DNA of 64,000 nucleotides from Dipteris shenzhenensis (lineage: Eukaryota), in the NCBI GenBank assembly GCA_047967505.1, contig CM106538.1. One strand, written 5' to 3'. The notes beneath the pieces were generated by a model that was not told the origin of the DNA, did not search any database, and saw only the letters and a list, made by a program, of their open reading frames with translations. The translations under genes and the position numbers were made by a program. Shown piece by piece: positions 25,557 through 38,400 of this stretch. Position 1 is the stretch's first letter; every line of letters starts with the position of its first letter.

Positions 25557-26540
25557 TGTTATGGATAAATTTGTCTAAGGAAAAAGGCATTAAAATGTGT
25601 GTCTGTTTGTATGTGTGGCAATAGTATAATTAAATATGGTGTGCATAGGGCCCAAGGTTGAGGTGGTAGGGCATGACCATGTGCCACCCTTCCACGTAAG
25701 AGGACCCATAAGGTGTGATCCATGGTAGTAATATTATAAAATGTAAGGTGGCATGGCTCCTCCATGTGCCACGCCTCCACCTAGGCTACATTTAGTGAGA
25801 TATGGCTCAAAGTCCATGGGAGAAGTAATATAAAATAGGTGGAGAGGGATATTATATTGGGTTATTCTCTCCATATAGGATAGGCCTATGTGGGGGAGGT
25901 ATAGATAGTCCAAGGATGCAAGTTAAATAATGGGGAAAGTAGGATGAGGTGGTAAGACTCCTTGTGCCAACCCTCCACTTGTCCTCCTAAATGTTGGAAC
26001 GTATTATAAAATTGGGAAGAGACCAAGGGAGTATCATAGACTTGAGATATGGGAGTTGATATATGTGGAAAAATGTGGCCAAGCATTATCGCACACAATT
26101 GAGAGTGCATATTCACCTAGCCCACATGGGAGACTCTTCCACACACACCATGCATGTGGGAGGATGCATTTATTAGGAGAGACCCTCTCTCTTGGCTATA
26201 AAAGGAGGGGGGTTAGCATCCCTTGATGGGACACGCTCATTCTTGTAAAGCCACCTAGCTAGTACTTTGATTTCTCCCGTCCCTTCCTTTCAAAATAAAG
26301 CATGGTCCTCTTCCCTTGATGTCTCCATCTTTACATTCCTCCTCCCATCATGTACATGCTTCTCTTCCCCCTCTCCCTTTCCCCTTGTGTCATAGTCTCC
26401 CTCTTCATTCCCTCCCCTTCTAATTCCTTTTCCCCTCCCATGATAACGTTTCGCCCTCACGTTCTCCTTTCCTCTATGGCCCTCGAGCGTCGCCATGCTT
26501 AGCCTCTAGCCTCTGGTCTTGATTTCTTTTCCAACTAATA
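25557..26540 (+). repeat. Gypsy 5' LTR
   Basis: Aligns with 46256-47228 with scattered substitutions and small indels. Confidence 0.93.
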
Positions 26541-26544
26541 GAAA

Positions 26545-26562
26545 TGGTGTGGCTGCTGGGAT
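26545..26562 (+). promoter_or_regulatory. Primer-binding site complementary to tRNA-His(GUG)
   Basis: TGGTGTGGCTGCTGGGAT is the reverse complement of the plant tRNA-His 3' end ATCCCAGCAGCCACA-CCA (tRNA sequence recalled, not searched). Confidence 0.85.
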
Positions 26563-27020
26563 CAAAATCTCCACGGCTAGTGGTATAAAATATGTTACTT
26601 CTATGATTGGGTGCGGCACTGTGGCCTCTTTCCTGCGCAGTTCTCTTCTTTTGTGGCTCCAAACTTTGTGCCTTCCCTGTCTCTACGGCAGCAAAACCAC
26701 CCTACTTCTACGCTTCCAGTCAGCCTGCTTTCTGCTTGCGGTTCCCACGTGTATTCTAGTTGGCGAATTTTTTTGCTTGTACCAATCGTAGCTGCAGAAC
26801 TGCAACATCTGTGCTCCCGCATGCGCATCCATTGTATACACCCACATGCATCACGGATATATCGTGACGTTTTTCTGGGCTCCTACGTCTTCTGGTGGCA
26901 GACTGCTGTTTTGAGTTTCTGCAAAACTGTGACAGATCCCGCGCCCCCCCTCTCTTCTCTTCTTCTTCTTCTGCTTCTCTTTCTCTTCTCCTTCTCCTCT
27001 CCTCTCCTCTCTTTTTATTA

Positions 27021-27085
27021 AGGAGTGGAATTTGAACCCAAGACCTCCCCCTTCACAAAAGGGAGACTTACCATTGGGCCAGCAG
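27021..27085 (-). other. tRNA-derived (SINE-head-like) sequence
   Basis: Minus strand has A box TGGCCCAATGG, an anticodon-like arm CCCTT-TTGTGAA-GGGGG and B box GGTTCAAATTC, followed by an A-rich tail. Stems are imperfect, so this is not a canonical tRNA. Confidence 0.5.
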
Positions 27086-27921
27086 ATAAGAAGTGATGAA
27101 AATATAATGATTCTTGCTTATATATTGAAATCTCGGAAACTATAACTCTCTAACCGTAGGGAGTTTTCACATGCTGTAAAAAGCAAAAGTACTTCACTTC
27201 ACGTGCTCTACTCATATCTCCTACTAGATTGCAAATTCTAAACTTTTTCAAGTTCACTTCATGGATGCACACCACACGAAGAGGGCGGATATTTATGTCA
27301 CTTCTCGATGAGTTCAAGGATTTGGTGCCTGGTCCTTCGTGCCTTATGGCTACCAATGGGCAAGATCTCTTTCTTGATCTTCATGTTGATCTGCAACAAC
27401 TGATTGTATAGTGCATTGCTCAAGGAGACAACAGGTGGGATGATACACCGTGGATGATTCAAGGTGAAGAACTACTAATACGCTGGGAGAACTTTGATTT
27501 CAATTCTACTCGCTGATCGAGCTACTTGCTGCTTTGGAGGTAATTAAAAGGGTGTCCTTCTTTGAAAGGTGGGATGCTCTCCAAGCTTGGGGGGAGATTT
27601 GGCGCATCTGCTTATTAATTCTTGTGGATAAGCTCGTCTTGAATGGTTTATTCTCAATCTCACTACAATGGTTTCTAGGCCTTGGCTATGGTTGGTAATG
27701 TTTCAACCAAGGAATCCATTTGTACCTAATCAACCCTTTGTGCCTCATTTTGAGCTTCAAGTTGTAATTCTTTTTGGTCTAAAGATAAAGTATCAAGAAA
27801 GGATTGCCAGTTTATTTGGTGCTGAACGTTTGGCTCAAGTATTGAATTCTCCCCATCCTCTCCTTCTACCTATCTTGGACTATCGAGAAACTTGGGATGT
27901 CTGGATTTTAGTCTTGGTGTG

Positions 27922-28386
27922 ATGACATCTTGGATCCTTCAATTTGATAGAGCTTACAAACCTTCGACCAAGGCTGCTGGCATGGGTGTGAAGCTCACTT
28001 CACCAAGTGGTGAGAATTATTGTTATAGCAAGTCTACACCTGCAAGTACATGCAACCAAGCTGAGTACTCGGCACTCATTTTTGGGCTACAAAAGGCATA
28101 AGGGCATCGCATCAAGCAACTTGAGGTGCAAGGAGATTCTCAACTAGTGTGTGAACAAGTTAGTGGAAGGTGGAAGGTGCGGAGCAAAGGCTTGGTTCCA
28201 CAACATCAACAAGCATTGGAACTGTGCCAACAATTTGAAGAGGCAAAAATTCAGCATATAACTCGAGCTCAAAATATAGTTGCTGATTTCTTGGCACGTG
28301 AAGCTTGTACTTCAATCACGCATGATGCGAGTGGAAGCACCACCCCAACAAAGCTGCAAGCCACGAAGGAGGGTGATCATTTGTAA
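27922..28386 (+). pseudogene. Archaeal-type RNase HI (aRH) domain with one premature stop, followed by a frameshifted CCHC knuckle
   Basis: Reads WILQFD..A...GMG, TCNQAEYSALIFGL, VQGDSQLVCEQVSGRWKV, HITRAQNIVADFLA. TAA at 28099 is in frame. CKECKGCGHHETKC follows at ~28382. Confidence 0.88.
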
Positions 28387-28891
28387 GGAATGCAAAGGTT
28401 GTGGTCATCATGAAACTAAGTGTTGGGCATACTTGATACGAGTTTACCGAATTCGGAAGATCATCAGAAAGGTCCTAAAGGACATTGCTCAAAAGAAGGA
28501 TGCCAGACCACACACCCCTTGAAGAAATAGCATTGCGACTACAAGAACTAGAAGAAGCTGAAGGTGATGTGCAAGCTCTCCAACTATTGACATTTGTCAT
28601 GGCATTCTTGTTTGCCTTGATGAAAAACCTCATGCAGTGCCACGTCTCTAACCCTCGCTTGTAAAGATGGCTACGATATCATGAGGGTTGGTCCTTTTAA
28701 GATTGTCTATGAGCTATTCTATGCTGAAAATTCTTCCCGTGTAGTATTTCACAATACACCAGTCACACCCTACCCTGCCTATGTGTGCTTTGTGGATGTA
28801 TCTTCACCTGATTTTCAGTTCAAGCTACCTCTTTCCATTGTTTGCCCATAGATAAGGCTCATTTCGTCTCTCTCTTTTCCATTTTCCAAGC

Positions 28892-30430
28892 ATGGCTGAC
28901 ATTCTCATGTTTTGTGGATGGGTTGAAGAAAATCCAAATGAGTATCTTATGGCCTTCAAGTGCCATTGTGTTTCTCTCAACTTTCTTGCTAAAGATAGAT
29001 GGCTGTTGGTTCTTCCCACATTTCTAGAGGGTTTGGCTCAAGTGTGGTATGAGAAGCAGGCCGAAGACGTTCGCCAAAGCTTGCCAAGGTTGACAACAGT
29101 GATGATTGAATATTTCGACAAAGAAGAGGAGCCAAAGAATGTGTACCTGCAAGTGGCAAACTTGAAGCAGTCAAAAGGTGAGATGGCACGTTGATATGTG
29201 GATCGAGCAGTCGTGCTCTTGGACCATTCAATTGCCACACAGGAGGGAAATGCCGGATTTCGAGCTGGAATGACTCAACATATGCTGGCTACCTTGTAGC
29301 AGGAGCAAGTGACGAATTTTGCCTCAAGCTTAAATGGGAGAATCTAGAAACTATGGTGCTAGCATATGAGATTGCTCAAAAGTTTGATAAAGTTCAGTCT
29401 GATCCCACTTCAAAGAAGGCGATTGTGCCTCTGCAACCCCTTCAATTCTTGCAACAATAACCTGGGTGGTCTAACTTAGGGGCATACCCCCACCCCTCAT
29501 CAGGGATGTATCCACCACCTCCACCTCAAATGTATGGTCCTCCCTTAGATGCTTACCCTCAACAAGGTGTATATTCTCACCCTCCGCCTCAAAGATTTCC
29601 CCAGCCTCACCCACATGCCCCCCTCCTTTCTACTCCCTCGGCCCTCCAGCTAAAGAGGCCCCTCTTTCAAAAGAACCCGGAGTCAATGACCTAGCCAAGG
29701 CCCTGAATGATCTTTGGCTTGAGATGGTGGGCATCAGAAATCAAGCCAACTACCCTCCAAGAGACCGAGCTAATGTTGTATGCTACGAGTGCCACCAGAA
29801 AGGTCATTATCACATGGAATGTCCCAATATTCCAAGGGTGAATTTTCTAAGTGATTCTGGCACTGAGGATTCTGATGTAGAGATCCTTGACCTCGGGAAA
29901 AGAAGTCATACCACCTTGGACCCCTCTCGAAACCATGGACTAGGCTACCCCAGGAAGAAGGTGTCCTTCTCAGAGCCCTCAAATGCTGAGATGGCAGACC
30001 CACCAATAGAGAAGACTAAAAGATCTCACAAGAGTAAGTGGTTGCCCTCAAATTTTCCCATCGGCTCGAGGCAAGAAGACTATTCGATCGTTCAGGACCT
30101 TGCTCATCGTTCTTTGAGCATCACGCTCCCTCAACTAATAGCATTAAGCCCTAAGGTGAGACGGGAGCTGCAGCAAGGGCTCTCAACAAGGAGGAACAAG
30201 AAAAAGGGAAAGGTAAGAGAGGTATCTTCTATCTTTGAAGAAATCAATCGACTTCCACATACAATCGATGTCATCATAGATAATTGCCGTGTCAAAAATG
30301 TTTGTGTTGATGGGGGAGTTGCATGTAATATCATGGTGCCCTGAATCATGAAGAAATTGAATTTGAAATGTACAAGGCGTTCCTCCACTCGAATCAAGGT
30401 AGCAGATGGTCGACGACTCGCCACCTTGGG

Positions 30431-30436
<6 letters not shown>
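28892..30436 (+). pseudogene. Gypsy gag + aspartic protease (disrupted)
   Basis: Gag-like FLEGLAQVWY and LKQSKGE, a Pro-rich linker, knuckle CYECHQKGHYHMEC, and protease VDGGVACNIM / IKVADGRR. Cut off by (CT)n at 30436. Confidence 0.85.
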
Positions 30437-30469
<33 letters not shown>

Positions 30470-30519
30470 CCTCCCTCCCTCCCTCTCCATCTCTCCCTCA
30501 ATCTCTCTCTCTCCCTCAA

Positions 30520-30559
<40 letters not shown>

Positions 30560-30566
30560 CTCTCGC

Positions 30567-30634
<68 letters not shown>

Positions 30635-30687
30635 TTTTTCTTTCTCCTTATTTGTCTCTATCTCTCTCTCTCCCCTCTCACTATTTA

Positions 30688-30749
<62 letters not shown>

Positions 30750-30955
30750 CTCTCCCTCTCTCCCTAACTCTCTCTCCTTCTCTCCCTCTCTCCCTAACTC
30801 TCTCTGTCCCTTTCTCCCTAACTCTCTCTCTCCTTCTCTCCCTCTCTCCCTAACTCTCTCTCTCCCTCTCTCCCTAACTCTCTTTCTCCTTCTCTCCCTC
30901 TCTCCCTAACTCTCTCTCTCTCATTCTCTCCCTAACTCTCTCTCTCCTCTCCCTC
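30436..30955. repeat. (CT)n microsatellite grading into CTCCCTAACT units
   Basis: Visible directly; begins exactly where the Gypsy protease reading frame stops. Confidence 0.95.
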
Positions 30956-32319
30956 GGCTAACGCCCATCAATGATATCATCAACCGGGCTACGTGCATGC
31001 TCTCAAGGCGAGGCGTAGCGAATCCGGGGAGCACGGAAAAAAAGAGGTTGGGGAGGAGAATCGAAGGGTGAATCAGCGGGGGAGCTAGGGGAAGAAGAAG
31101 ATGGCGGGGAAGAAGAAGATGGTGGGGAAGAAGAAGATGGCGAGGAAGAAGCTCCCTTCAGTCCAAAAAAATTTAAACAAATGCATGAGGAGATGGAGAG
31201 CTTACCTGGCAAAGCTGGAGAGCTGAGAGGGGTAGACTCGTAGAGGGAGAGATGGAGAGGTTAGAGGAACTAACAAGAAGGGATTGGGGTAGAATATAGA
31301 GTAATTTATTTTTAGAAATATTTCTTGCTATTTTTAGTAAATAGGAATGACTAGCAATCAAAGCAATGTGTTTTCAAAAAATCAAACACAAAGTACTTTA
31401 AATCATATTCAAGCACACCACCCCCATTTTCAAAATACGGTAAATTATAGTGAAACATGTCGTAAAATTTGATTTCATGACCGAATTAAAAATAAAAAAC
31501 ACTTAACCATAAGAAAATTACACATACCTGGTGATTCTTTGAACTCTTGGGCGTATTTGGAAATAATGAGAAACAAATGTGGGAATCTCATGTTTATAGA
31601 GAAAATTTTCTATTTTTAGAAATTTCTTTATGCTCAAAACCCTAAACCTAACCTTGACTTTCATTGGTCAGGCATATAATTTCCACCTTTCATTGTTGCA
31701 TGGCACTTTTGGGGCATCCCCTTTGAAGCTTTCCAAAGTTCTGCATGGGAGGTTCATTCGACACTACGTCTATCTCAATTTCTTCTCATAGTTCCAAGAG
31801 CGCTTCCTTTGCTACATTGGATGTATCTTATACTAGTGGTGGAAACTCTTTTGCCACCTTGGATGTGTCTCCTACTCCTTCACCTAAGCATGATGGTGGA
31901 CATAGAAGCCCAGGCACTCAAATCCATGGACCTAATATTCCCATTGAAGAGAATGAAATAATAGATGTTGAACCAAGCACAAGAGGTCAACAAGTGTTAT
32001 TAGGTATGTGGTCCATGTCTAAGTTCATTCAATGGCTCTATTTGTTTTGTTTTTGGAGCTAGAAATGATTTCTTACAAGGGACATCTAATCTAGATGGAT
32101 CTCAATGACTATCTTGGCTATCACAAAAGGGGAAGCGGAATTCAATCTCGTCTATTGAGGAGAGACTAAAGGGAAGAACAATGAATGTGGACCTCAAAAA
32201 GTCTAGCTACACAAGAGGGAGAGCTTGTAGAATGCTAGACACCACACATCTGAAAGAGACCTGCAATACTCTTTGTTTAGTGTAATGTGCCTCTGGTAAC
32301 TTTTGAGGTTGCAAAATGA

Positions 32320-34420
32320 AGGGTGTTACAGAAAAATTATGTTGAAATGAATAAAGATGATCAAAATTTTTATTTAGCATGGTCTGTAAGACCTAGGGAA
32401 AACAATATGAACAAAATAGTGTTTGAGTACTCATTCGGTTCAAGGATTGTTTGTCACAAAGCATATAGACTTACACATTGTCTTGGCAACAAAAGGCTAA
32501 AAAGATTACAGGCCCACCTCTATAAAGACCCCCACATTTGTACAATAGTACAAATGAGAGTGCTTGGACCACATGGCAACATGGTATGCTCGTGGTTGCA
32601 AGACTTTGTGTAAAAACATGCTCAGGCTCTTCCAAATAGTGACTAGTTGCACTTATCGGATAATTTCTCCAAGCTGAGATCCATTCCATGTACAAGGATG
32701 CCATGGTTATTGCAGGTGACAAGTACGTGACATACCAGCATTTTTGTAGGATTTGGAAGAATGAATTCAACAACGTGAAGATACCAAAGCTTTGTCGCTT
32801 TGGTGTGTGTGCCACATGCGTGGACTTTAAGGCCTTGCATAATAGAAGTCAAGGACAAGAGAGAGGTGTGTGTAATGATGCCGTGAAAACTTGCTTCGTT
32901 TTGACAAAAATTGTTTTCTTGCAACATCTAATTGTTTTCTATATCTGCAGAAGAAGCAATCACAAAGTTGCATATGCATCGAGAAATGCAAGCTCTAGAA
33001 AGGAAGAAGTTAGCGAAGCATTGCAAGAAGAGCTACCAATGGCTTGATAAGTACATAACCATCATCATTGATGGGATGGATCAAAAGAAGACCAATCTTC
33101 CACACTTCAAACGAGTACCCAAGGATTTGAAAGAGGAGAACTTCATCACATATCATGTAGTTGGATGCATGATCTACCATGGTGAATAAATCCCCAAGGT
33201 TTATCTAATGACACCAAATGTAAGAAATGATCCTAATCTCACAGTTTCCGTTCTTAATGATGCATTGAGGAATCTTACACAACCTCTTCCAAAAGTGTTG
33301 TATGTCCAACTTGATAACACATCGAGAGAGAAAAAGAATCAAGTTGTGTTGGCATATCTTTGTATGCTTGTGGAGAAAGGCATATTTCTAAAAGTGAAAT
33401 TAGGATTCATGATGGTGGGTCACATACATGACCATATTGATCAGATGTTTAGGCAGTTCTTAGTAAAGCTAAGAAGGAAAGAAGCATGGGATGGGGATGC
33501 AATGATCCGCATTTTACAGGATGCATATGTGCCAAAATCGATAATTGCAAACATGGAAAAAACAATAGATTTCAAATGCTTTGTGTTTGGTGACAACGAG
33601 TGAATTGATTGATGTATTGAGAAGCTCAACGAGTTAAGCTTTCAACACCAATTTTGAATTAAGAAAGATTAAGAAGGCACGACGTTGTTGTGGGGGAAGT
33701 TCTATTCCACATCACCGACTTGGGTTCCAGTCAAAGGATTGAAGTTCTTGAAGTGTGTTCCAGAGCATGAGTTGTATGTGGCACCCTTACAACCCTTACA
33801 ATTAGTGAGGGAGCTGCAATGAGCCATGAAGGAGGAGAGAGATATAAACCCTATAAGTTCAGTCAATGAGATTAGAGAAACAATCCAGCATGCTGCAACG
33901 CATTTTGAAGATGTGGTGTGGACATGGTGGAATCCATTCTTTGCATCCCAAATACTTATCAATCACCTACTAAATGACCCCAAGATGTGTCAGATTTTAG
34001 TTGGCCACAATGCATTGAACAAGATTTTGTAAATGTGCATATGAATGCTTCTTCAAGTGCGCATTTACATGCAGCTTCTAAGAAGAACTATCTTGGGGAG
34101 GAGAGAGAAATATACCTTGGAGCATGAAAGTCCAAAAAGGCTAAGGAAAGGGTTCAAGAAATGTGGAGTGGTAGCATCGAGGTGGGTATGATGGTTGCTG
34201 TGTTAGCAACAAATGATCCTAGTGGATTTCCTTTTTGGATTGCTAAAGTTGTGAAAGTCAGAAAGGAAGGTTCAAACACCAAGTCAATAGAGGTGCATTG
34301 GTTTTTCACCAAGTCCATGGATGCTGTCACGAGTCGATATAACCCAAAGATGGTGGTAACAAGGAAGCGTGGCCAAAAAGGGAAGAGGGCGACAAAGAAT
34401 TATCCAAGAATTTCTTACAG
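32320..34420 (+). pseudogene. Sola-like DDD transposase remnant with introns
   Basis: Reads CRFGVCATC...LHMH, IIIDGMDQKKT.LPHF, LYVQLDNTSREKKN and FMMVGHIHDHIDQMF, with C-terminal PFWIAKV. GT-AG intron at 32866-32950; several stops. Confidence 0.65.
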
Positions 34421-35456
34421 ATACTATGCATACCTCCAAGAACAACTAACCCACGAACAAAAAAAACTTGCTGACTCAGAAATTGCAAAAGAGAGGTCAC
34501 AAGAGACAATCACAAGATTAATAGATGAGAAGAATAATGAAAAAGGCTTGGTATATCCAACAAGAGCTTGCTACATTGACTAGGAGATTAGAAAAGATAA
34601 AAGGAACCCCTCTAGGTTACAAGCATAGGATCAAGCCCTTGCAACCAATGGAGAGCTTTGCATATGGTGGTGGAGCAAGGAAGCGCAAGGTGAAAGCTAC
34701 AAGGTATATATCTTTGGTTACTTACAAATGAGTCATTTATTTTTCTAATGTTATCATGATTTCTACATAAATTTCATGAGGTTATTGGAAGAAATTCCTC
34801 TGACAAACTTCGTGCCGTAAAGAGTGTAGTTAAGAAGAAAGAATTCATTTCTATTCTTAGGGACCCTCGTCGATGTGCATTGTGACATGCAATATCACAA
34901 GAGGTTGCAACTGATTTAGAGAATCTTGTAGATCCATCGGAAGTTGTCCATGCATGTGATGCTACTGGCATTAGTTGACAAGGGTACTTAGCTGTGTATA
35001 ATGTCTTTGTAAATGCACTTCGAGGTCAAGGCATTAAGAATCCTCTATTGCTGAGACCAATATACATTAGAAATGCAAGGAAAGAATCTCAGAAAGCATG
35101 ACATTGGAAGGTGACAAAATATGAAGAGGGGAGAGGAGAAGAGTGGAGATGAGGAGAGAGGGCACAGCTAGAGAGCACACCACAAATGACTAACTGTACA
35201 CTAGAATTAGTTAAAAAAATAGAATATATACAAACCCTTTTAGGGTTAGGGTTAGGGGATCTAACCCTTTCCTTTATAGCACTCTATAAGGTTAGTGCTA
35301 TGCACATATGATCACGTGATGGTGCTATGCACACATGATCACATGATGTTGAGCGTGAACTCTCAACACCTTCCCTCAAGATCAACATCATGAAGTAGGC
35401 CTTCCCTCAAGATGATGATTCTGGGGAATAGAAGAAGGACTGAGCATTACATTCCA

Positions 35457-38400
35457 TCACACCCCTTTAATGGGAATGTCCTTCCTCTGCATCAAACCAA
35501 GAGCTAGTCGGTGTTTCTCGAATAGCTCTTTACCGAGTGGTTTGGTAAAGATGTCTGCAACATTTTCTTTGCTATCACAATGCTGCAGTGTGATGTCACC
35601 AAGTAACACTCTTTCTCTGATGAAGTGCTCTCTGACATCAATGTGCTTTGTTCTGGAGTGATATACTGGATTTTTGGCCAATGCTTGAGCCGATTGATTA
35701 TCACAGTATATTGTTGTTGGCTTTGACTCATCAAAGTAATCTGTTTCTGACAATAGTCTTCTGAGCCATATAGCCTCACATGCACCTGTAGTGAGTGCCC
35801 TATATTCTGCTTCAGTCGAAGACAAAGAAACAGTTGGTTGTTTGTTTGACAACCATGATATAGCACCTTGACCAAGGAAAAATGCATATCCCTGTGTCGA
35901 TCTCCTGGTCTCATGATCTCCAGCATAGTCACTATCACAGTATCCATGCAACCGTGGATGACTTCCTCTGTATTCTATCCCAAACTGTCTTGTACCTCTG
36001 ATGTATCTCAAGACTCTTTTGGCTGCATTCGAGTGAGACTGTTTTGGATTTGCCATAAACTGTGCTAGTGAGCTTACTGCATAACAAATATCTGGCTGTG
36101 TGATTGTCAGATATATAAGAGATCCAATGAGTTGCCTGTAGTATCTGTCATTGACTGAAGGCTTTTCTGAATCTTTAGTAAGTTTCAAACTCTGTTCCAT
36201 GGGAGTGGCTGCAATCTTGCAATCTGCCATATGAAACTTCTTCAGGAGACTGTCAACATACTTGAGCTGACTCATGAATGTGCTATCTGAATCTCTCCAG
36301 AACTCAATTCCAAGACAATAGTGCATAAGTCCAAGATCTTTCATGTCGAACTCTGCAGATAAGTCTTGTTTTAATTTTCTGATGAAGCTATCCTTGCTTC
36401 CTGTCACAATCAGATCATCTACGTACAAAAGTGCAATAGTAATATCTTCCCCTTGAACTTTGTAGTAGAGTGTATGATCTGCATTGGACTTCATGTATCC
36501 CAGATTAGCAAAATACTTGTCAATTCTGCTGTACCAACTTTTGGGTGCTTGCTTTAAGCCATAGAGACTTTTCTTGAGATGGCAAACCTTGTTCTCCTTT
36601 CCTGGTTCAACATAACCAGCGGGTTGTTGCATGTAGACTTCCTCGTCTAGATAACCATTGAGAAAGGCATTCTTGACATCGAGCTGATACACATTCCATT
36701 TGCTGAGTGTCGCTAGTGATATCAAGAACCGTATGGAATCCATCTTTGCTACTGGAGCATAAGTCTCATCATAATCTTGGCCATATTGTTGTGCAAATCC
36801 TTTTGCAACTAATCTGGCTTTGTATCTCTGAATACTGCCATCTGGATTGTACTTCACTTTGTATACCCATTTGTTGGCTATGGCCTTCTTTCTTGGTGGA
36901 AGGTCGCATAATTCCCAAGTGTTATTTTTATACAAAGCATCCATTTCTTCATTCATAGCAGTTTGCCATTCTGGCTTGTCTACTACGTCTTCGAAGTACA
37001 CTGGCTCTTCTGTAGCCATGATGGTAGTCATAAGAGCATAGTTGGTGGTTTCCACCTGAATTGCTTTGCCTTTCTGAGCATATGTCAATCTGGCTGGTGG
37101 TCTGCTTTCCCTAGTAGACCGTCTGAGCTGCTGTGGCGCTGCTTGGGGTGTTGCTGGCAATTCTTGCTCTTCTTCATCAACCTGTTCTATGGATGACTGT
37201 GAAGTTGATGCTTCTATCTCCTGTGTAGGTGAGGTTTTCCATTCTGATTCCTCATCAAAAATTACATCTCTGGAGATAATGACTTTGCGGTTGATGGGAT
37301 CATACAATTTGTATGCTTTGCTTTCTTCACTGTAGCCAACCATGATGCATTTGCTTGACTTCGCATCCAATTTCCTACAATGATCATCATGTATGTGGGC
37401 ATATGCTATGCAACCAAATATGCGGAGATGCCCAATGCGTGGCTTGTGTCCAGTGAATGCTTCATAAGGAGTCATTCCTTGTATCGGTTCGGTAGGAAGC
37501 CGATTAAGCAAATAGTTAGCTGTAGCTATTGCTTCTGCCCAATACTGATTCGGAAGATGCTTTTCACTAAGCATTGCTCTAGCACTGTCTGCTAAAGTCC
37601 CATTCTTCCTTTCAGCTCGTGCATTCTGCTGAGGAGTATCTGCACATGTGAATTGTCTTCGAATGCCGTGATTTTTGCAAAAGTTCATGAATGCTGAAGA
37701 CATGTATTCACCTCCTCTGTCTGATCTCATGACCTTGATCTTTCTGCCTGTCTGGTTTTCTACCATGGCTTTGAATTCTTGAAATCTGGCAAACACTTCA
37801 GATTTCTCTTTTAGAAAGTAGACCCAACAATATCTGCTATAGTCGTCGATGAAGGTCAAGTAATAAAGTGAACCATTGATGCTGCGGGTCTGGGCATAAC
37901 CCCATACATCTGTATGAATCAAATCAAGAATACCTCGTGCACGAGAGGTACTTCTGACAAAGTTGGTTCGCTTTTGTTTGTCGAAGTAGCATGCTTCACA
38001 AACCTTTCCAAGAAACTATAGCTTCGGAATCCCAATTGCCATATTCTGATTCCTGAGATCTAACAAGTACTTGAAGTTGACATGACCATATCTCTTGTGC
38101 CATTTTGCAGATAGTGGCACATCATTGTCTGTGATGTGCTCTTTCTTTGTTAATGTATTTATTGGTGCATTGTATAGAGTAAGTTGAAATTGGTTTGGCA
38201 TGCTTTATGTAGTGTAGTATTATGATTTCAAACATAAAAGAAGGGCTTGGTGGTTCGGGAAGTGGTTCCTGCGCTCACAAGGCGGGACCTCACACAAAGA
38301 CACAAAGACACAAGAGAGACCAAAAGAGATAGAAAATCCTCTTTGTATTACAAACGGGTGCTTTGTTCCAAACTAGTTTCGCTTGATATTCTCAAGCTTA

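Noticed and set aside
30348-30909. SLSLSL ORFs
   Set aside because: (CT)n microsatellite.
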